Shown piece by piece: positions 39,858 to 50,449 of a DNA stretch of 64,000 bases; the first letter of the stretch is position 1; the number at the start of each line of letters is the position of its first letter. The DNA is from Candidatus Spongiisociaceae bacterium (GTDB taxonomy: Bacteria; Actinomycetota; Acidimicrobiia; Spongiisociales; Spongiisociaceae), in assembly GCA_965219685.1 (NCBI GenBank), contig CBDCOH010000002.1:96001-160000 (forward strand), read 5' to 3'. The translations under genes were made by a program, and so were the position numbers. The notes beneath the pieces are model-generated. The model did no database searches, was not told the origin of the DNA, and was given only the letters and a program-made list of their open reading frames with translations.

Positions 39858-41078
39858 TCATGGGTCCACCAACCTTCCTGATCGGATGACCGTACGTTCC
39901 GGTGACCACAACACGTCGGCTCGCTCGAAGGGGTTGCCATTGAGTACCAGGAGATCGGCGGCGGCGCCTTCCCGGATGACTCCCAGGTCCGGTCGTCGCA
40001 GGATGGCTGCGTTGACCGAGGTGGCGGAGCGCAGGACATCGGCCACGGTGTCGACCTCGCAACGGATCCTGAACTCCATCAGCTGTTCGTCTTCCAGGTC
40101 GCCCACCAGGTCGGTTCCCAACCCGATGCGTACTCCCGCCCGGCGGGCGATGTCGATGGATGACAGGCCTGCGTCGAGCACCTCGCGGTTCTTGCGGTCC
40201 GAGACCGCAGGCAACCCGAGGGCGGTGCCCCGCCGTCCCATGGCGTCGTAGGCGATCAGGGTGGGCACCAGGTACGCGCCGTGCTCGGCCATGAGCGCAG
40301 CCGCCTGTTCGGTGATGAGGTTTCCGTGTTCGATGGTCCGCACGCCGTTGGTCACCGAGTGGATGATTGCTTCGGGGGAGTAGGCATGGGCGGCTACGTA
40401 GGAGTCCCGCCGGGACGCCTCGTCGCAGACCGCCCGCACCTCTTGCGCGGAGTACTGCGGACTACGGAGCGGATCCGTGGGAGAGGCCACACCCCCGGAA
40501 GTGAAGATCTTGATGGCGTGGGAACCGGTCCGGAAACGCTCCCGCACCGCCCGTCGCAGATCGTCGACGCCGTCGACGATCTCCCCGGCATGGTGGCCGA
40601 GCACCTCGACGGCCAGATGGCCGGGGCGCGGATCGGCATGTCCTCCGGTCTGGGTGAGACCCGGACCGGTGAAGAGGTAGCGGGGACCGTCGATGAGCCC
40701 CTCGTCGATGGCCATCCGGAGGCCGATGTCGCCGCCCGCGACGTCTCGTACGGTGGTGAACCCGCGGCGTAGGGCGGCTTCCAGGCGCCTGGCGGCCTTG
40801 GCGGCCACGTAGCTCATCGGCAAGGCCTCGTTCTCCGTGAAATCCATGCTCACCAGGTAGGCATGCAAGTGGGCGTCGATCAGGCCGGGTGTCACGACAC
40901 GACCGCGGGCGTCGAGCACCCGCGCCGCCTCCGGGGGCGGACCCTCCAAGCCGACGATCCGCCCACCCTCGGTGTGGATCGGACACTCCACCGGCTCGGG
41001 GCCGACACCGTCGAACACCAGACTGTTAACGATCGACAGCATTTCGGTGGTCAGCTGTGCCTCACTCCCACCGGACAT
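39858..41078 (-). CDS. metal-dependent amidohydrolase (prolidase-like subgroup)
   Basis: PGLIDAHLH, GFTTVRD, AAHAY, IEHG, LGTD. Confidence 0.9.
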   Translation of the reverse strand: MSGGSEAQLTTEMLSIVNSLVFDGVGPEPVECPIHTEGGRIVGLEGPPPEAARVLDARGRVVTPGLIDAHLHAYLVSMDFTENEALPMSYVAAKAARRLEAALRRGFTTVRDVAGGDIGLRMAIDEGLIDGPRYLFTGPGLTQTGGHADPRPGHLAVEVLGHHAGEIVDGVDDLRRAVRERFRTGSHAIKIFTSGGVASPTDPLRSPQYSAQEVRAVCDEASRRDSYVAAHAYSPEAIIHSVTNGVRTIEHGNLITEQAAALMAEHGAYLVPTLIAYDAMGRRGTALGLPAVSDRKNREVLDAGLSSIDIARRAGVRIGLGTDLVGDLEDEQLMEFRIRCEVDTVADVLRSATSVNAAILRRPDLGVIREGAAADLLVLNGNPFERADVLWSPERTVIRSGRLVDP

Positions 41079-41362
41079 CCGATCTGCTCCCCACGAACGG
41101 GGAACCGCGGACATCTCGCCACAATCCCGGATAGAGCCATGGACAGCCCGATACCTTCCTGAGTCGGAGTTTGCATACGGTATCAGTGTGCTGCTGAGAA
41201 TTGGAAAGGCACTCGATCCGCCTCCGGCCCACCTGCCTCCCGCCTCGGCGGACATCGATACGTAGGTCGAGGGCCTGAGCGGAGTTCAAGCGCGGCGGCT
41301 CCGGGTGGGCGTCGCGTGATAGGTTCCGTTCAGGTCGCCACGCAGGGTGGAAGGCGGGTTTC

Positions 41363-42661
41363 ATGCATGACGTAGTCGTTATCGGTGGTGGCATTGCGGG
41401 GTTGACGGCGGCCCGGGACCTGGCGCATCGGGGGTACGGGGTGCTGGTGCTCGAGGCGCGTGACCGGTTGGGTGGGCGGACATGGTGGAAGCGGTTTGCT
41501 GACACCGATCACCGTACCGAGATGGGCGGCACTTGGTTCGACGAGGGTACGCAGCTCAACATCGCCCGGGAGATCCAGCGGTACTCGCTGCCTACTGTCC
41601 TGAGCCCGGCCGGGCAGGCATTCCGGGTGTCGCTGGGCGGTCGTAGCCTGGCCCGTTCCGACCAGCCGGTGCCCCCTGACGTCCGGCCCGATCTGGACAA
41701 GGCCATCGACCACATCGTCGATCAGTCCCGCCGGGTGACGTTCGGGTCCGATCTCGACAGTCCGGATCTCCACGACCTGGACATTCCCTTCTCCGAGCTC
41801 GTCGCGCCCTATAGCGACCAGCAGCTCGTAGACGAGTACCTCTCGATGTGGGCGGCATTCGCGTTCGGCTGCGATCCATCGGAAGTGTCGGCATTGCAGG
41901 TCCTCACCTGGGTGGCCGGCTACGACAACATGACCTGGACGCTCGACGACGCTCCGGCTACGAAGTTCGCCCAGGGGACGGCGAGCCTGGTCGAAGCCCT
42001 GGCCGAGGACGGGGGTTCGGAGATCGAGTTGTCGGCGCCGGTCGCCTCGATCGTTGACGCCGGCGACCATGTCGAGGTGACCACGGCCGGCGGCGATACC
42101 CACCGGGCCCGGTTCGCTCTGCTGGCCACCCCGGTCAACACCTGGGAGGACATCGAGTTGCCGATACCGGCCGGCTCGCCCAAGGCCAGGTTCGCCGCGG
42201 AAGGGTTGGCGGGTCAGGCTGTCAAGCTGCATGCCCTGGTCGACGACGTTCCCGAGTTCCTGATGGCCTCGGGTTGGGGTGGCCCGCTGTGCTGGGTCTC
42301 GGAGCAGGCCAACTTCGACGGTGGACGGCTCCTCGTGGGCATCGGCTCGGATGACTCGGCGATCGACGGGACCGATCCCGCCCAGGTGCAGCAGGCAATC
42401 CGCCAGTTCGCCCCGGAAGCGACCGTCCGGATGTGCGACAGCCACAACTGGTCGACCGACCCGTACGCCAAGGGGACCTGGACCACCTACCGCCCCGGCC
42501 AGCTGTCGCGCTACTACTCAGACTTCTTCGTGCCCCATGGCCGCCTCGACTTCGGTGGATCGGACCTCGCCCGAGGCTGGGCAGGGTTCATGGACGGCGC
42601 CATCGAGAGCGGTGCCGAAACCGCAGCAGCCCTCGACCGGCGGCTAGGCGAGGAAAGCTAG
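41363..42661 (+). CDS. flavin-dependent amine oxidase
   Basis: GGGIAG...[25 protein letters not shown]. Confidence 0.92.
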   Translation: MHDVVVIGGGIAGLTAARDLAHRGYGVLVLEARDRLGGRTWWKRFADTDHRTEMGGTWFDEGTQLNIAREIQRYSLPTVLSPAGQAFRVSLGGRSLARSDQPVPPDVRPDLDKAIDHIVDQSRRVTFGSDLDSPDLHDLDIPFSELVAPYSDQQLVDEYLSMWAAFAFGCDPSEVSALQVLTWVAGYDNMTWTLDDAPATKFAQGTASLVEALAEDGGSEIELSAPVASIVDAGDHVEVTTAGGDTHRARFALLATPVNTWEDIELPIPAGSPKARFAAEGLAGQAVKLHALVDDVPEFLMASGWGGPLCWVSEQANFDGGRLLVGIGSDDSAIDGTDPAQVQQAIRQFAPEATVRMCDSHNWSTDPYAKGTWTTYRPGQLSRYYSDFFVPHGRLDFGGSDLARGWAGFMDGAIESGAETAAALDRRLGEES

Positions 42662-42856
42662 GGCCGGAGCTCCCCGGTTCGCTCAGACCGGACCCAGGGG
42701 CAGGAGGAAGGATCCGCTCGCGACCAGATGTCTCCCGGCGGTGGCCGGGCATCCCTGGCTTCTGGTCGGCCCTGTCGGGAGGAGTCGGGGACCGCATGCC
42801 CACACACGCTCCGAAGACAACTCTCGATAGTATAAGCGATCAGTTATACTAGGACT

Positions 42857-43218
42857 GTGTGGGAGGTCGAGTACACGAACGAGTTCGGCGACTGGTGGAA
42901 CACCTTGACGGTGGATCAACAGGAAGCCCTCGACGACCGGGTCATGCTACTGGCAGACCACGGTCCTGCCCTTAGGCGTCCCTGTGGTGGGAGCCATAAC
43001 GGGGTCCCGTCACAGCAACATGAAGGAACTACGCGCATCAGCCGGGGGCGGCTCGTTGCGGGTGCTGTTCGCGTTCGACCCGCGACGGCAGGTGATCCTC
43101 CTGCTGGGCGGCGACAAGTCTGGCCGGTGGGACAGCTGGTACGAGTGGGGCGATCCCGACCGCCGATCGTCTCTACGACACCTACCTCCAAGAGCTACGC
43201 CATGAAGGACTGATCTAA
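42857..43218 (+). pseudogene. RelE/HigB-like (Gp49-like) toxin with two +1 homopolymer frameshifts
   Basis: MWEVEYTNEF...GPALRRP / GSRHSNMKELR...RVLFAFDPRRQVILLLGGDK / IPTADRLY. Confidence 0.8.
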
Positions 43219-43242
43219 GAAACAGACGAAAGTGAACGGAAC

Positions 43243-43578
43243 ATGGTGAACGCCAAGAACTACAAGCAACTACACGACCGAGTTATCGCACGGCCCGGAG
43301 CAGTAGAACGCCTTGCCGCGCTGCGCCAAGCGACCCTTGCTGAGATCGGTCTCTACGAGATGCGCAGACAACTCGACTGTTCCCAGTCGGAGCTCGCTGC
43401 CGCTCTCGGGATCAGTCAGGCAGCCGTTTCCCAGCTGGAGAACGCGCAGGACCTGACCCTGTCCCGGCTACAGAAGTACCTCGAACCCTTCGGCGCGACG
43501 CTGCGCATCCACGCTGTATTCGACAATGGGGAAGAGGAATACAGCATCCCCATCCGCGTCGGACGGAGGGCGTCCTAG
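43243..43578 (+). CDS. XRE/HigA-like antitoxin
   Basis: LYEMRRQLDCSQSELAAALGISQAAVSQLE. Confidence 0.88.
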   Translation: MVNAKNYKQLHDRVIARPGAVERLAALRQATLAEIGLYEMRRQLDCSQSELAAALGISQAAVSQLENAQDLTLSRLQKYLEPFGATLRIHAVFDNGEEEYSIPIRVGRRAS

Positions 43579-43729
43579 AAACTCGCAGACGGCAGCGGTG
43601 TGACCGGGCCCGCTCGGATCGCGAGGCTGGGCAGGGTTCATGGACGGCGCCATCGAGAGCGGTGCCGAAACCGCAGCAGCCCTCGACCGGCGGCTGAGCG
43701 AGGACGGTTAGGACCGGCTCGGGACCGAT

Positions 43730-43880
43730 CCGTCGTGCTAGGCCTGTCGCCGTAGGCGCAGGCGAGGGCACGGAGCTTCTCCGCCGCGTATCGGTTGGTG
43801 TCGATCAACTCCACGGTCCGAGACCGGACTCCGGCGAAGGCAAGCGTGTTGCGCAGCGGCACCCGTTCTGTCGGCACCAT
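43730..43880 (-). pseudogene. internal fragment of an AbiEii-type toxin
   Basis: LAFAGV...YAAEKLRALACAYGDRPSTT resembles the AEKLHA...RPSTR motif. Confidence 0.5.
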
Positions 43881-44010
43881 CTCTTCGGCTATTGGCTCGG
43901 CCGCCGGCCCATAGTGTCCGGCCAGTGGGGGCGGCGTCCCCTTCTGTAATCCGCCTGCTCGGTCTCTGGAGCGGTCGCCAGGGTGTAGAATCTGATGAGA
44001 CGCCAAAGGA

Positions 44011-45735
44011 GTGACGGGAGTGTTCCTTCCCCGTGTCCGACGATTGGCGGTTCTCGGGGCTCTGGGTGTCACGGTTGTGCTATCCGCTTGCGGGGGCGAT
44101 GGCTCGACCGAGACGACTGTTGCTGGAGGCACCTCTTCTACAGCCGCAGAGGCCGGAACGGCCGCATCCACGACCACGGCCGCGCCGACTACCACCTCCG
44201 CCGCGACGACCGTTGCCGCGGGATCGACGTCTCCTACATCCGAGCCGGCGGGTGCGACTGTCGGCGCCGATATCAGCCTGGATGAGGGCACCCTCTGGGC
44301 CGACGTGTTCAGCATTTTCAGCGTCTCGGAGCAGGCGTGTATCCGCGACGCTGTGGACGAAGAGCTACTGGAGTCGGTGCTGGACCGGCCTGTCCTGGAG
44401 GATTCCGACGCACCCGAGGACTGGGCGGTCTCGATATTCGCCTGCCTCGCTCCCGAGACTGCTCAGGCCTTGTTCCTCTCCTTGATGATGGCCGGGATGG
44501 AGGGCGACGAGGAACTGGACATGGAACTTACCGAGGAAGAGATGTCCTGCCTGCGGGAATGGGTGGCGGGTGTCGATGCGGCCGCCGCGGTTGAAGCGCT
44601 CGCGGACGAGGACCCTGTGGCCGCCGGGGAGCTGACTTCCGGCATGCTTTCCTGCCTCAAGGACCTGTTCCTCTCGGTGATGTTCGAGGAGATGGGTGTG
44701 GCGTTCGGTGAGTTGGCTGAGGAGGAGATGTCCTGCCTGCGCGAGTGGATGGCCGGTATCGACATGGGTCCCATGGTCGAAGCGCTCGCGGTTGATGACC
44801 CCACGGCTCTCGGCGAGTTCATGCAGGAGTTGTTGGGGTGCGTTCCTGACGCGTTCCTCTCGCTGGTGTTCGAGGAAACGGATATGGAGTTCGCTGACTT
44901 GGGCGAGGACGAGGTGTCCTGCTTGCGCGAGTGGGTGGCCGGCGCCGATTTCTTGGGGCTGCTCGCCGGTGACCCCGAGGCCGCCCTGGCCTTCCTTCCG
45001 GGTCTGCTTGAGTGCGTTCCCGACCTGCTGGACGCACCATTCGCCCCGGACCCGGGTACTTTCTTCAACCTGGCTCTCGGGGAGGCCACTGCCGTCGCGA
45101 TCGGTGAGGAGGCGCAGGGCGAACTGGACGAGCCGGGCGAATCCGACTTGTTCGTGTTCGAGGCTGTGGGGGGCGAGGTGTATCAGATAGATGTGGCTCT
45201 GGGGACGCTGGCTGACTCTGTGGTGACTCTGTACGACTCCCGCGAGTGGTTGCTGGCCTACAACGATGACTACGAGGACTCGTCGGCTTCTCGGATTCTG
45301 TGGGAGGCTCCTGGTTCCGGGAGTTACTACATCGAGGTTTCCTCATGGGATGACGGGACCGGTTCTTACACGGTGACCGTTGTTGCTGCCGAGGTCGTGG
45401 ACGATCACGCCGGCGGGGTCGGTGATGCCACGTCGGTGACGGTCGGTGAGGCTGCTGCTGGTGTGGTGGACTACACGGGTGATGTCGACTTGTTCGTGTT
45501 CGAGGCTGTGGGTGGTGAGCTGTATCAGATAGATGTGGCTTTGGGGACGCTGGCTGACTCTATGGTGTCGTTGTACGACTCCGGCGAGTGGGAACTGGCC
45601 TACAACGACGACCACGGGGACTCGACAGCTTCTCGGATTCTGTGGGAGGCTCCTGGTTCCGGGAGTTACTACATCGAGGTTTCCTCTTGGGGTACCGATA
45701 CGGGCTCTTACACGCTGACCATCATCGTTCGATAG
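44011..45735 (+). CDS. acidic lipoprotein with Cys-containing helical repeats and two PPC-like domains
   Basis: Lipobox VLSAC, Thr/Ala linker, SCLREW x3, duplicated DLFVFEAVGGE...LAYNDD...YYIEVSS. Confidence 0.85.
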   Translation: MTGVFLPRVRRLAVLGALGVTVVLSACGGDGSTETTVAGGTSSTAAEAGTAASTTTAAPTTTSAATTVAAGSTSPTSEPAGATVGADISLDEGTLWADVFSIFSVSEQACIRDAVDEELLESVLDRPVLEDSDAPEDWAVSIFACLAPETAQALFLSLMMAGMEGDEELDMELTEEEMSCLREWVAGVDAAAAVEALADEDPVAAGELTSGMLSCLKDLFLSVMFEEMGVAFGELAEEEMSCLREWMAGIDMGPMVEALAVDDPTALGEFMQELLGCVPDAFLSLVFEETDMEFADLGEDEVSCLREWVAGADFLGLLAGDPEAALAFLPGLLECVPDLLDAPFAPDPGTFFNLALGEATAVAIGEEAQGELDEPGESDLFVFEAVGGEVYQIDVALGTLADSVVTLYDSREWLLAYNDDYEDSSASRILWEAPGSGSYYIEVSSWDDGTGSYTVTVVAAEVVDDHAGGVGDATSVTVGEAAAGVVDYTGDVDLFVFEAVGGELYQIDVALGTLADSMVSLYDSGEWELAYNDDHGDSTASRILWEAPGSGSYYIEVSSWGTDTGSYTLTIIVR

Positions 45736-45886
45736 AGCCGTATCGGAGGGTGCCCAACGCAGGTAGATCAGTTCCATGTACTTGCTGCGGCTCTATCGGC
45801 GGCGGCGGTCGTGCCTCATCTACGGCGCGCGCTGAAGGATGCCGAACTCGACCCGGGTCGTGCCGGCCGGACGTGGGGAGGCTTCC

Positions 45887-47527
45887 GTGGCTGAGATAAC
45901 CGTATTCCTGGCTCGAACGGGGCGGACGATGGAACCGTCGCTGCCGGTTGCGGAAGCGGTTGCGGTGCGGGATGGCCGCATCGTCGAGGTGGGGACGCTC
46001 GAGACGTTGCGTCCGTGGCTGGATTCCCGCAGCCACGAGATAGACGACACGTTCAGGGACCACTGCATCATGCCGGGGTTCATCGATCCCCACCTGCATC
46101 CCTCCATGGCCGCCATGCTGCTGCCCATGCAGTTCATGACGGCGACGGGGTGGGAGCTCCCTTGGGAGGACATTCCACCCGTGGGGGACGGGGAGCGGTT
46201 CCTCGCACGCCTGGTCGAGATCGAGGCCGATCTGTCCCCTGGCGAGCCGCTGTTCGCCTTCGGCCACCACCCGATATGGCACGGCAACATCGATCGGCGC
46301 GCCCTCAACGAGATATCGGCTGCCCGCCCCATCGTGGTCTGGCACCGCGGCTACCACTCGCTGGTGGTCAACGACGCCTGCCTGCGGTGGATGGACCTGG
46401 ACGCGGCGTCAGTTAGCGACCATCCACAGATCGATCTGGAGGCGGGCAAGTTCTTCGAAACCGGCCTCGAAGTCGCCTTGCATCACCTCCGCGGCTTCAT
46501 CCTGGAGGTGGACCGGTTCCGCAATGGGCTCGACCGGATGCGGCAGGTCATCCATCACGGCGGCCACACGACCATCGGCGACGCCGCCTTCGGTTTCTAC
46601 GGGTTCGAGGAGGAATGGGCCCACCTCCAGGCCGTGATGGAACAGCCGGACACCCCGTTCCGGATCCAGCTGATGCCGTATGCCATGGGACCGGACGGGG
46701 ATTCGCGAACCGACCGGCAGTTCCTCGAGCGTGTCCTGGAGTATCCGGAGCGGAACACGCATCGGCTGCGGTTCGGCGACCACGTCAAGCTGTTCGCCGA
46801 CGGCGGGTTCTTCGCGGAACTGTTGATGCTCAAGCCCCCCGGACACCTCGACGGACGTCGCGGCGAGTGGATCACACCCCCGGAACGATTCGAGGAGATC
46901 GCCCGGGTGCTGTGGAATGCCGGGCTCAGGATCCACGTGCATTGCAGCGGCGACCTCGGCGTCGAGCTGGCGCTGTCCACCCTCGAGAAGCTCCAGTGGG
47001 AACGGCCCCGCTTCGATCATCGGTTCACGTTCGAGCACTTCGGAATCTCGAGTTCGCAACAGGTCGACCGCATGGCGGCGGTCGGGGGCGTGGTTTCGGC
47101 CAACGCCTACTACGTCTACGAACTCTCCGAAGCGTTCGCCGCCCACACGGTCGGGCACGAGCGGGCGTCCCAGATGTCGAGGCTCGGCTCGCTGGAGCGG
47201 GCAGGAGTCCGGTTCGCCGTCCACTCGGACTTCCCGATGGCCCCGGCGAAGCCTCTCAACAACGCCTGGGTGGCCGCCAACCGGATTGCCGAGTCCGGCG
47301 CCGTGATGGGCCCCACCGAGCGGGCCTCGCTGGACGCCGCCATCAGGGCCATCACCACCAACGCGGCCTACGTCCTCGGCCTCGAAGAAGAGATCGGATC
47401 GCTCCGCTGGGGCAAGCGAGCCGACTTCACCATCCTCGAAGAAGACCCCTACCTGGCCGGCGCCGAGTCCCTCCGCGACATCCCCATCTGGGGGACGGTC
47501 TTCGAGGGCAAGAAGTTCAAGGCCTGA
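45887..47527 (+). CDS. amidohydrolase 3 (YtcJ-like)
   Basis: PGFIDPHLH, KLFADG, HVHCSGD, FEHF, HSDFP, GKRADFTIL. Confidence 0.9.
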   Translation: MAEITVFLARTGRTMEPSLPVAEAVAVRDGRIVEVGTLETLRPWLDSRSHEIDDTFRDHCIMPGFIDPHLHPSMAAMLLPMQFMTATGWELPWEDIPPVGDGERFLARLVEIEADLSPGEPLFAFGHHPIWHGNIDRRALNEISAARPIVVWHRGYHSLVVNDACLRWMDLDAASVSDHPQIDLEAGKFFETGLEVALHHLRGFILEVDRFRNGLDRMRQVIHHGGHTTIGDAAFGFYGFEEEWAHLQAVMEQPDTPFRIQLMPYAMGPDGDSRTDRQFLERVLEYPERNTHRLRFGDHVKLFADGGFFAELLMLKPPGHLDGRRGEWITPPERFEEIARVLWNAGLRIHVHCSGDLGVELALSTLEKLQWERPRFDHRFTFEHFGISSSQQVDRMAAVGGVVSANAYYVYELSEAFAAHTVGHERASQMSRLGSLERAGVRFAVHSDFPMAPAKPLNNAWVAANRIAESGAVMGPTERASLDAAIRAITTNAAYVLGLEEEIGSLRWGKRADFTILEEDPYLAGAESLRDIPIWGTVFEGKKFKA

Positions 47528-47648
47528 CCACTCCAACCGCGGACTCGGAACCGGTCAGAACCGACCTCCACAGGTCACATCAGGCTCGGCGGACAACGAT
47601 TCCCTGTGGCGAGGAGCATGTTTGCCGTTCCCGTGGTGGGCGCCGGGC

Positions 47649-48446
47649 TCATGGTGCAGACCAGGGTTCGGGGAACTCGCTGACCGGGAACACGCTGTTG
47701 ACGATCTGCAACTCCGCGTTCGGGCAGTGGGGGAGCCATATCCGGCGCCACTCGGTTCCCGGGATGATGTGGTAGAGAATCTCGTCGCCGGCCACGATCT
47801 CGGCCTCTAGCTCGTACCTGCTGTGGCGACTGATCTGCACGCCTTCGTGCGGAAGTGCGAACTCGATCGGGAACCTGTCGATGTCGCCCCGGGCTGTCTC
47901 CGTGACCACGAGCCGTGTTTCAGGATCGGTGACGTCGATCAGCCGGACGTGGAGCACGGCCTCGCGGGGTAGGTTCTCCTCAGCCATCTCAACGTAGATC
48001 TGTCCCGGCAGGGGCTCGACGCAGGTGTCAAAGGGGTTGGTCGATACAACCATGACATCGGAATTCGCGGGAGCGCCACGGGTGAGCACCGGGTGGACCG
48101 TGTCGTTGACGTACAACAGGTCATCGCCGTGCCATACATCGGCGCTCAGTGAATACTCGTTGCCACTTACGACCTGGTCGCGGTCGTACTCGATGTGGAA
48201 GCTGACCGGGAGGCGGCTCGCGTTCTCGATCACGTCGAGCCCCAGTTCCACGGAGGGGGCATCGGCCAGCGTGATGTCCAGCAGCCGGACGGAGACGACC
48301 GCGCCCTCCGGCAACTCGACCTCGCGCGCGAAGCGCACCTCGCCGGAGACAGATCCCGCGGACCCTGGTGGCGCGCAGGCGGCGGTTGCCGCAAGAGCCA
48401 CAGCCAGTACCGCCATGGTGAATGGACGCGCCAGACGATGCGTCAT
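47649..48446 (-). CDS. YbaY/YscW-like lipoprotein, two domains
   Basis: Lipobox TAAC; LPEGAVVSVRLLDITLADAPS and LPREAVLHVRLIDVT. Confidence 0.8.
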   Translation of the reverse strand: MTHRLARPFTMAVLAVALAATAACAPPGSAGSVSGEVRFAREVELPEGAVVSVRLLDITLADAPSVELGLDVIENASRLPVSFHIEYDRDQVVSGNEYSLSADVWHGDDLLYVNDTVHPVLTRGAPANSDVMVVSTNPFDTCVEPLPGQIYVEMAEENLPREAVLHVRLIDVTDPETRLVVTETARGDIDRFPIEFALPHEGVQISRHSRYELEAEIVAGDEILYHIIPGTEWRRIWLPHCPNAELQIVNSVFPVSEFPEPWSAP

Positions 48447-48590
48447 TGGATCACTCCTTCCCACTCCACCATCTCGCCCGGGCCATTATCGTGGATGCCC
48501 TGCCTTCAAGCATGATCCGGCATGGCGCCGGTCACGCCCGTCCGTCAGGCCCCCTGCTGATCCGGTGCGGCAAACCTCCGGGTGGGTGGG

Positions 48591-49490
48591 TCAACCGATG
48601 AGGTTCCGGCTCGCTAGCGAGTCGGTTACCACCGCGCCGAAGAGCAGGGCCAGATACAGGATCGAGAACAGGTACAGCGCTCTGGCGCCTTCGGTCCCCT
48701 CATTGCGCGCCAGCCGGATCGCTCGGACGATGAACCCCGCCCCCAACGCGATGGCGCCGACCAGGTAGATCCAACCGACGGCGCCGGTCGCGACGAACGT
48801 CGTGGAGAACACCACCAGCACCACCGCGTAGATCAGGATCTGGCGCTTGGTCGCAGCCAGTGTGGCGACCACCGGCAGCATCGGGATCCCGGCGCGGGCG
48901 TAGTCGTCCTTGATCAGCAATGCCAGAGCCCAGAAGTGCGGGGGCGTCCACAGGAAGATGATGGCAAACAGGTAGACGGCCGGTAGCTCGACCGTCCCGG
49001 TCACCGCCGCCCAACCCACCAGGGGCGGGACTGCGCCGGCGGCGCCGCCGATGACGATGTTCTGGGGTGAGGTCCGCTTGAGGCCCTTGGTGTACACGAA
49101 CAGGTAGATGATGGTCCCGGCTACGGCGAGTAGGCCGCTCAGGACGTTCACGAAAGCAGCCAGGATCATGAAGGCGGCCAGGTTGAGGATGATCCCGAAA
49201 CCGTAGGCATGCCACTTCGAGACCCTCCCGCCGGCTACGGGGCGGGCGCGGGTGCGAACCATCCTCTGGTCTATGTCGCGTTCGGCGCCGTGGTTCAGGG
49301 CATTGGCTCCGCCGGCTGCCAGGTAGCCGGAGACGACGACGAGGGAGATCAGCAGGGGATCCGGCCGGCCCTCGGCGGCCAGGAACATGCTCCCAACCGC
49401 GGTGATCAGCAGAAGGACCGTGATCCGGGGTTTGGTGAGGGCGATGTAGTCGCTCACGACCGTGGATGCGCGAGTGCCTGGAGCCGGCAT
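48591..49490 (-). CDS. ctaB: heme o synthase (protoheme IX farnesyltransferase)
   Basis: YIALTKPRI, DIDQRMVRTRARP, WTPPHFWAL, DDYARAGIPMLP. Confidence 0.95.
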   Translation of the reverse strand: MPAPGTRASTVVSDYIALTKPRITVLLLITAVGSMFLAAEGRPDPLLISLVVVSGYLAAGGANALNHGAERDIDQRMVRTRARPVAGGRVSKWHAYGFGIILNLAAFMILAAFVNVLSGLLAVAGTIIYLFVYTKGLKRTSPQNIVIGGAAGAVPPLVGWAAVTGTVELPAVYLFAIIFLWTPPHFWALALLIKDDYARAGIPMLPVVATLAATKRQILIYAVVLVVFSTTFVATGAVGWIYLVGAIALGAGFIVRAIRLARNEGTEGARALYLFSILYLALLFGAVVTDSLASRNLIG

Positions 49491-50449
49491 CACACGGCGG
49501 ACCGGGGATGCCGGCTCCTCACCCGGAAGGTTCCGGGATCGAACTGCATCGCGATCATCAACACCATCGAGACCCACGACATCGTGGCGAAGACCAGATG
49601 GAGGGATGCTATGAGAGGGGTCGAACCCATCCATGCCGTCAATGCCCCTACGCCGATCTCGATTAGCAGGAACCCCGCTGTGAGCACCACCAGCGAGCGT
49701 AGTTGCCCCCTCGCGGCTCCCTGCCTCCAAGCCACGAAGCAGGTACGCAGCACGAGCACGGCCACGATGGCCACCATGTATCGATGGGCCATGTTGACGA
49801 CGAACGGAGTGCCTCCGGGGAGGTTGTTACCTATGCAGAGCGGCCAACTCGGACAGGCGGCGCCGTAGTTCATCCCCACCATGTAGGAACCGAACAGGAT
49901 GGTCACCAGCAGACCGCTCAGGCCGGCCCACGCCAGCCTTCGATCCTGCGTGGAAACCCTGGGGACGAGGTTCCGTGGACCATCGGACCGATCATCGGGC
50001 GGACCGGCCAGCCAGGCGACGGCGAGGCCGGCCACGGTCAACTCGGCCAGCCCCAGGTGGATCAGCCGCGTCCACCAGGAGAGTTCGCTCAGGACGGTGA
50101 GGCCCCCGAGGATCGCCGCCGCGACCACCAGGACCGTGCTCGCACCCGTGGCGACGATCGCAGGTGTCGACGTCCGCAAGTGTCGCCAAGCCAGCACGAA
50201 CGAGGCCACGACCAGGAATCCGACGGCGGTCGCCGCCAGGCGGTGGGTGAACTCGAGCCAGATGTGGTAGTCGAAGGGTGGGATGATCTGTCCGTGGCAC
50301 AGTGGCCAGTCCGGGCATGCATCGCCGGAACCGGTCACCCGGACGACTCCTCCCAGAGCGACCTGCGCGATCGCCGCCAGCAGGCTCAGCAGCGTCACCG
50401 TCCTGTACCTTGCCTGACCCGATCGGGTACCCGCGGCGACATTTGGCAT
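49490..50449 (-). CDS. ctaA: heme A synthase (COX15/CtaA)
   Basis: GGVVRVTGSGDACPDWPLC, LEFTHR, CPSWPLC, AHR. Confidence 0.92.
   Translation of the reverse strand: MPNVAAGTRSGQARYRTVTLLSLLAAIAQVALGGVVRVTGSGDACPDWPLCHGQIIPPFDYHIWLEFTHRLAATAVGFLVVASFVLAWRHLRTSTPAIVATGASTVLVVAAAILGGLTVLSELSWWTRLIHLGLAELTVAGLAVAWLAGPPDDRSDGPRNLVPRVSTQDRRLAWAGLSGLLVTILFGSYMVGMNYGAACPSWPLCIGNNLPGGTPFVVNMAHRYMVAIVAVLVLRTCFVAWRQGAARGQLRSLVVLTAGFLLIEIGVGALTAWMGSTPLIASLHLVFATMSWVSMVLMIAMQFDPGTFRVRSRHPRSAV

Larger units (their letters stand above)
42572..43695 (+). repeat. 74-bp identical direct repeats (42572-42645 and 43622-43695)
   Basis: cgaggctgggcagggttcatgg...cctcgaccggcggct occurs twice; the first copy is the 3' end of the amine oxidase gene. 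Confidence 0.9.

Noticed and set aside
37778-39889. 703-aa plus-strand ORF and similar long antisense ORFs (e.g. 41330-42445, 52096-53412, many within 55.7-64 kb)
   Set aside because: Shadow frames of well-supported genes in high-GC DNA
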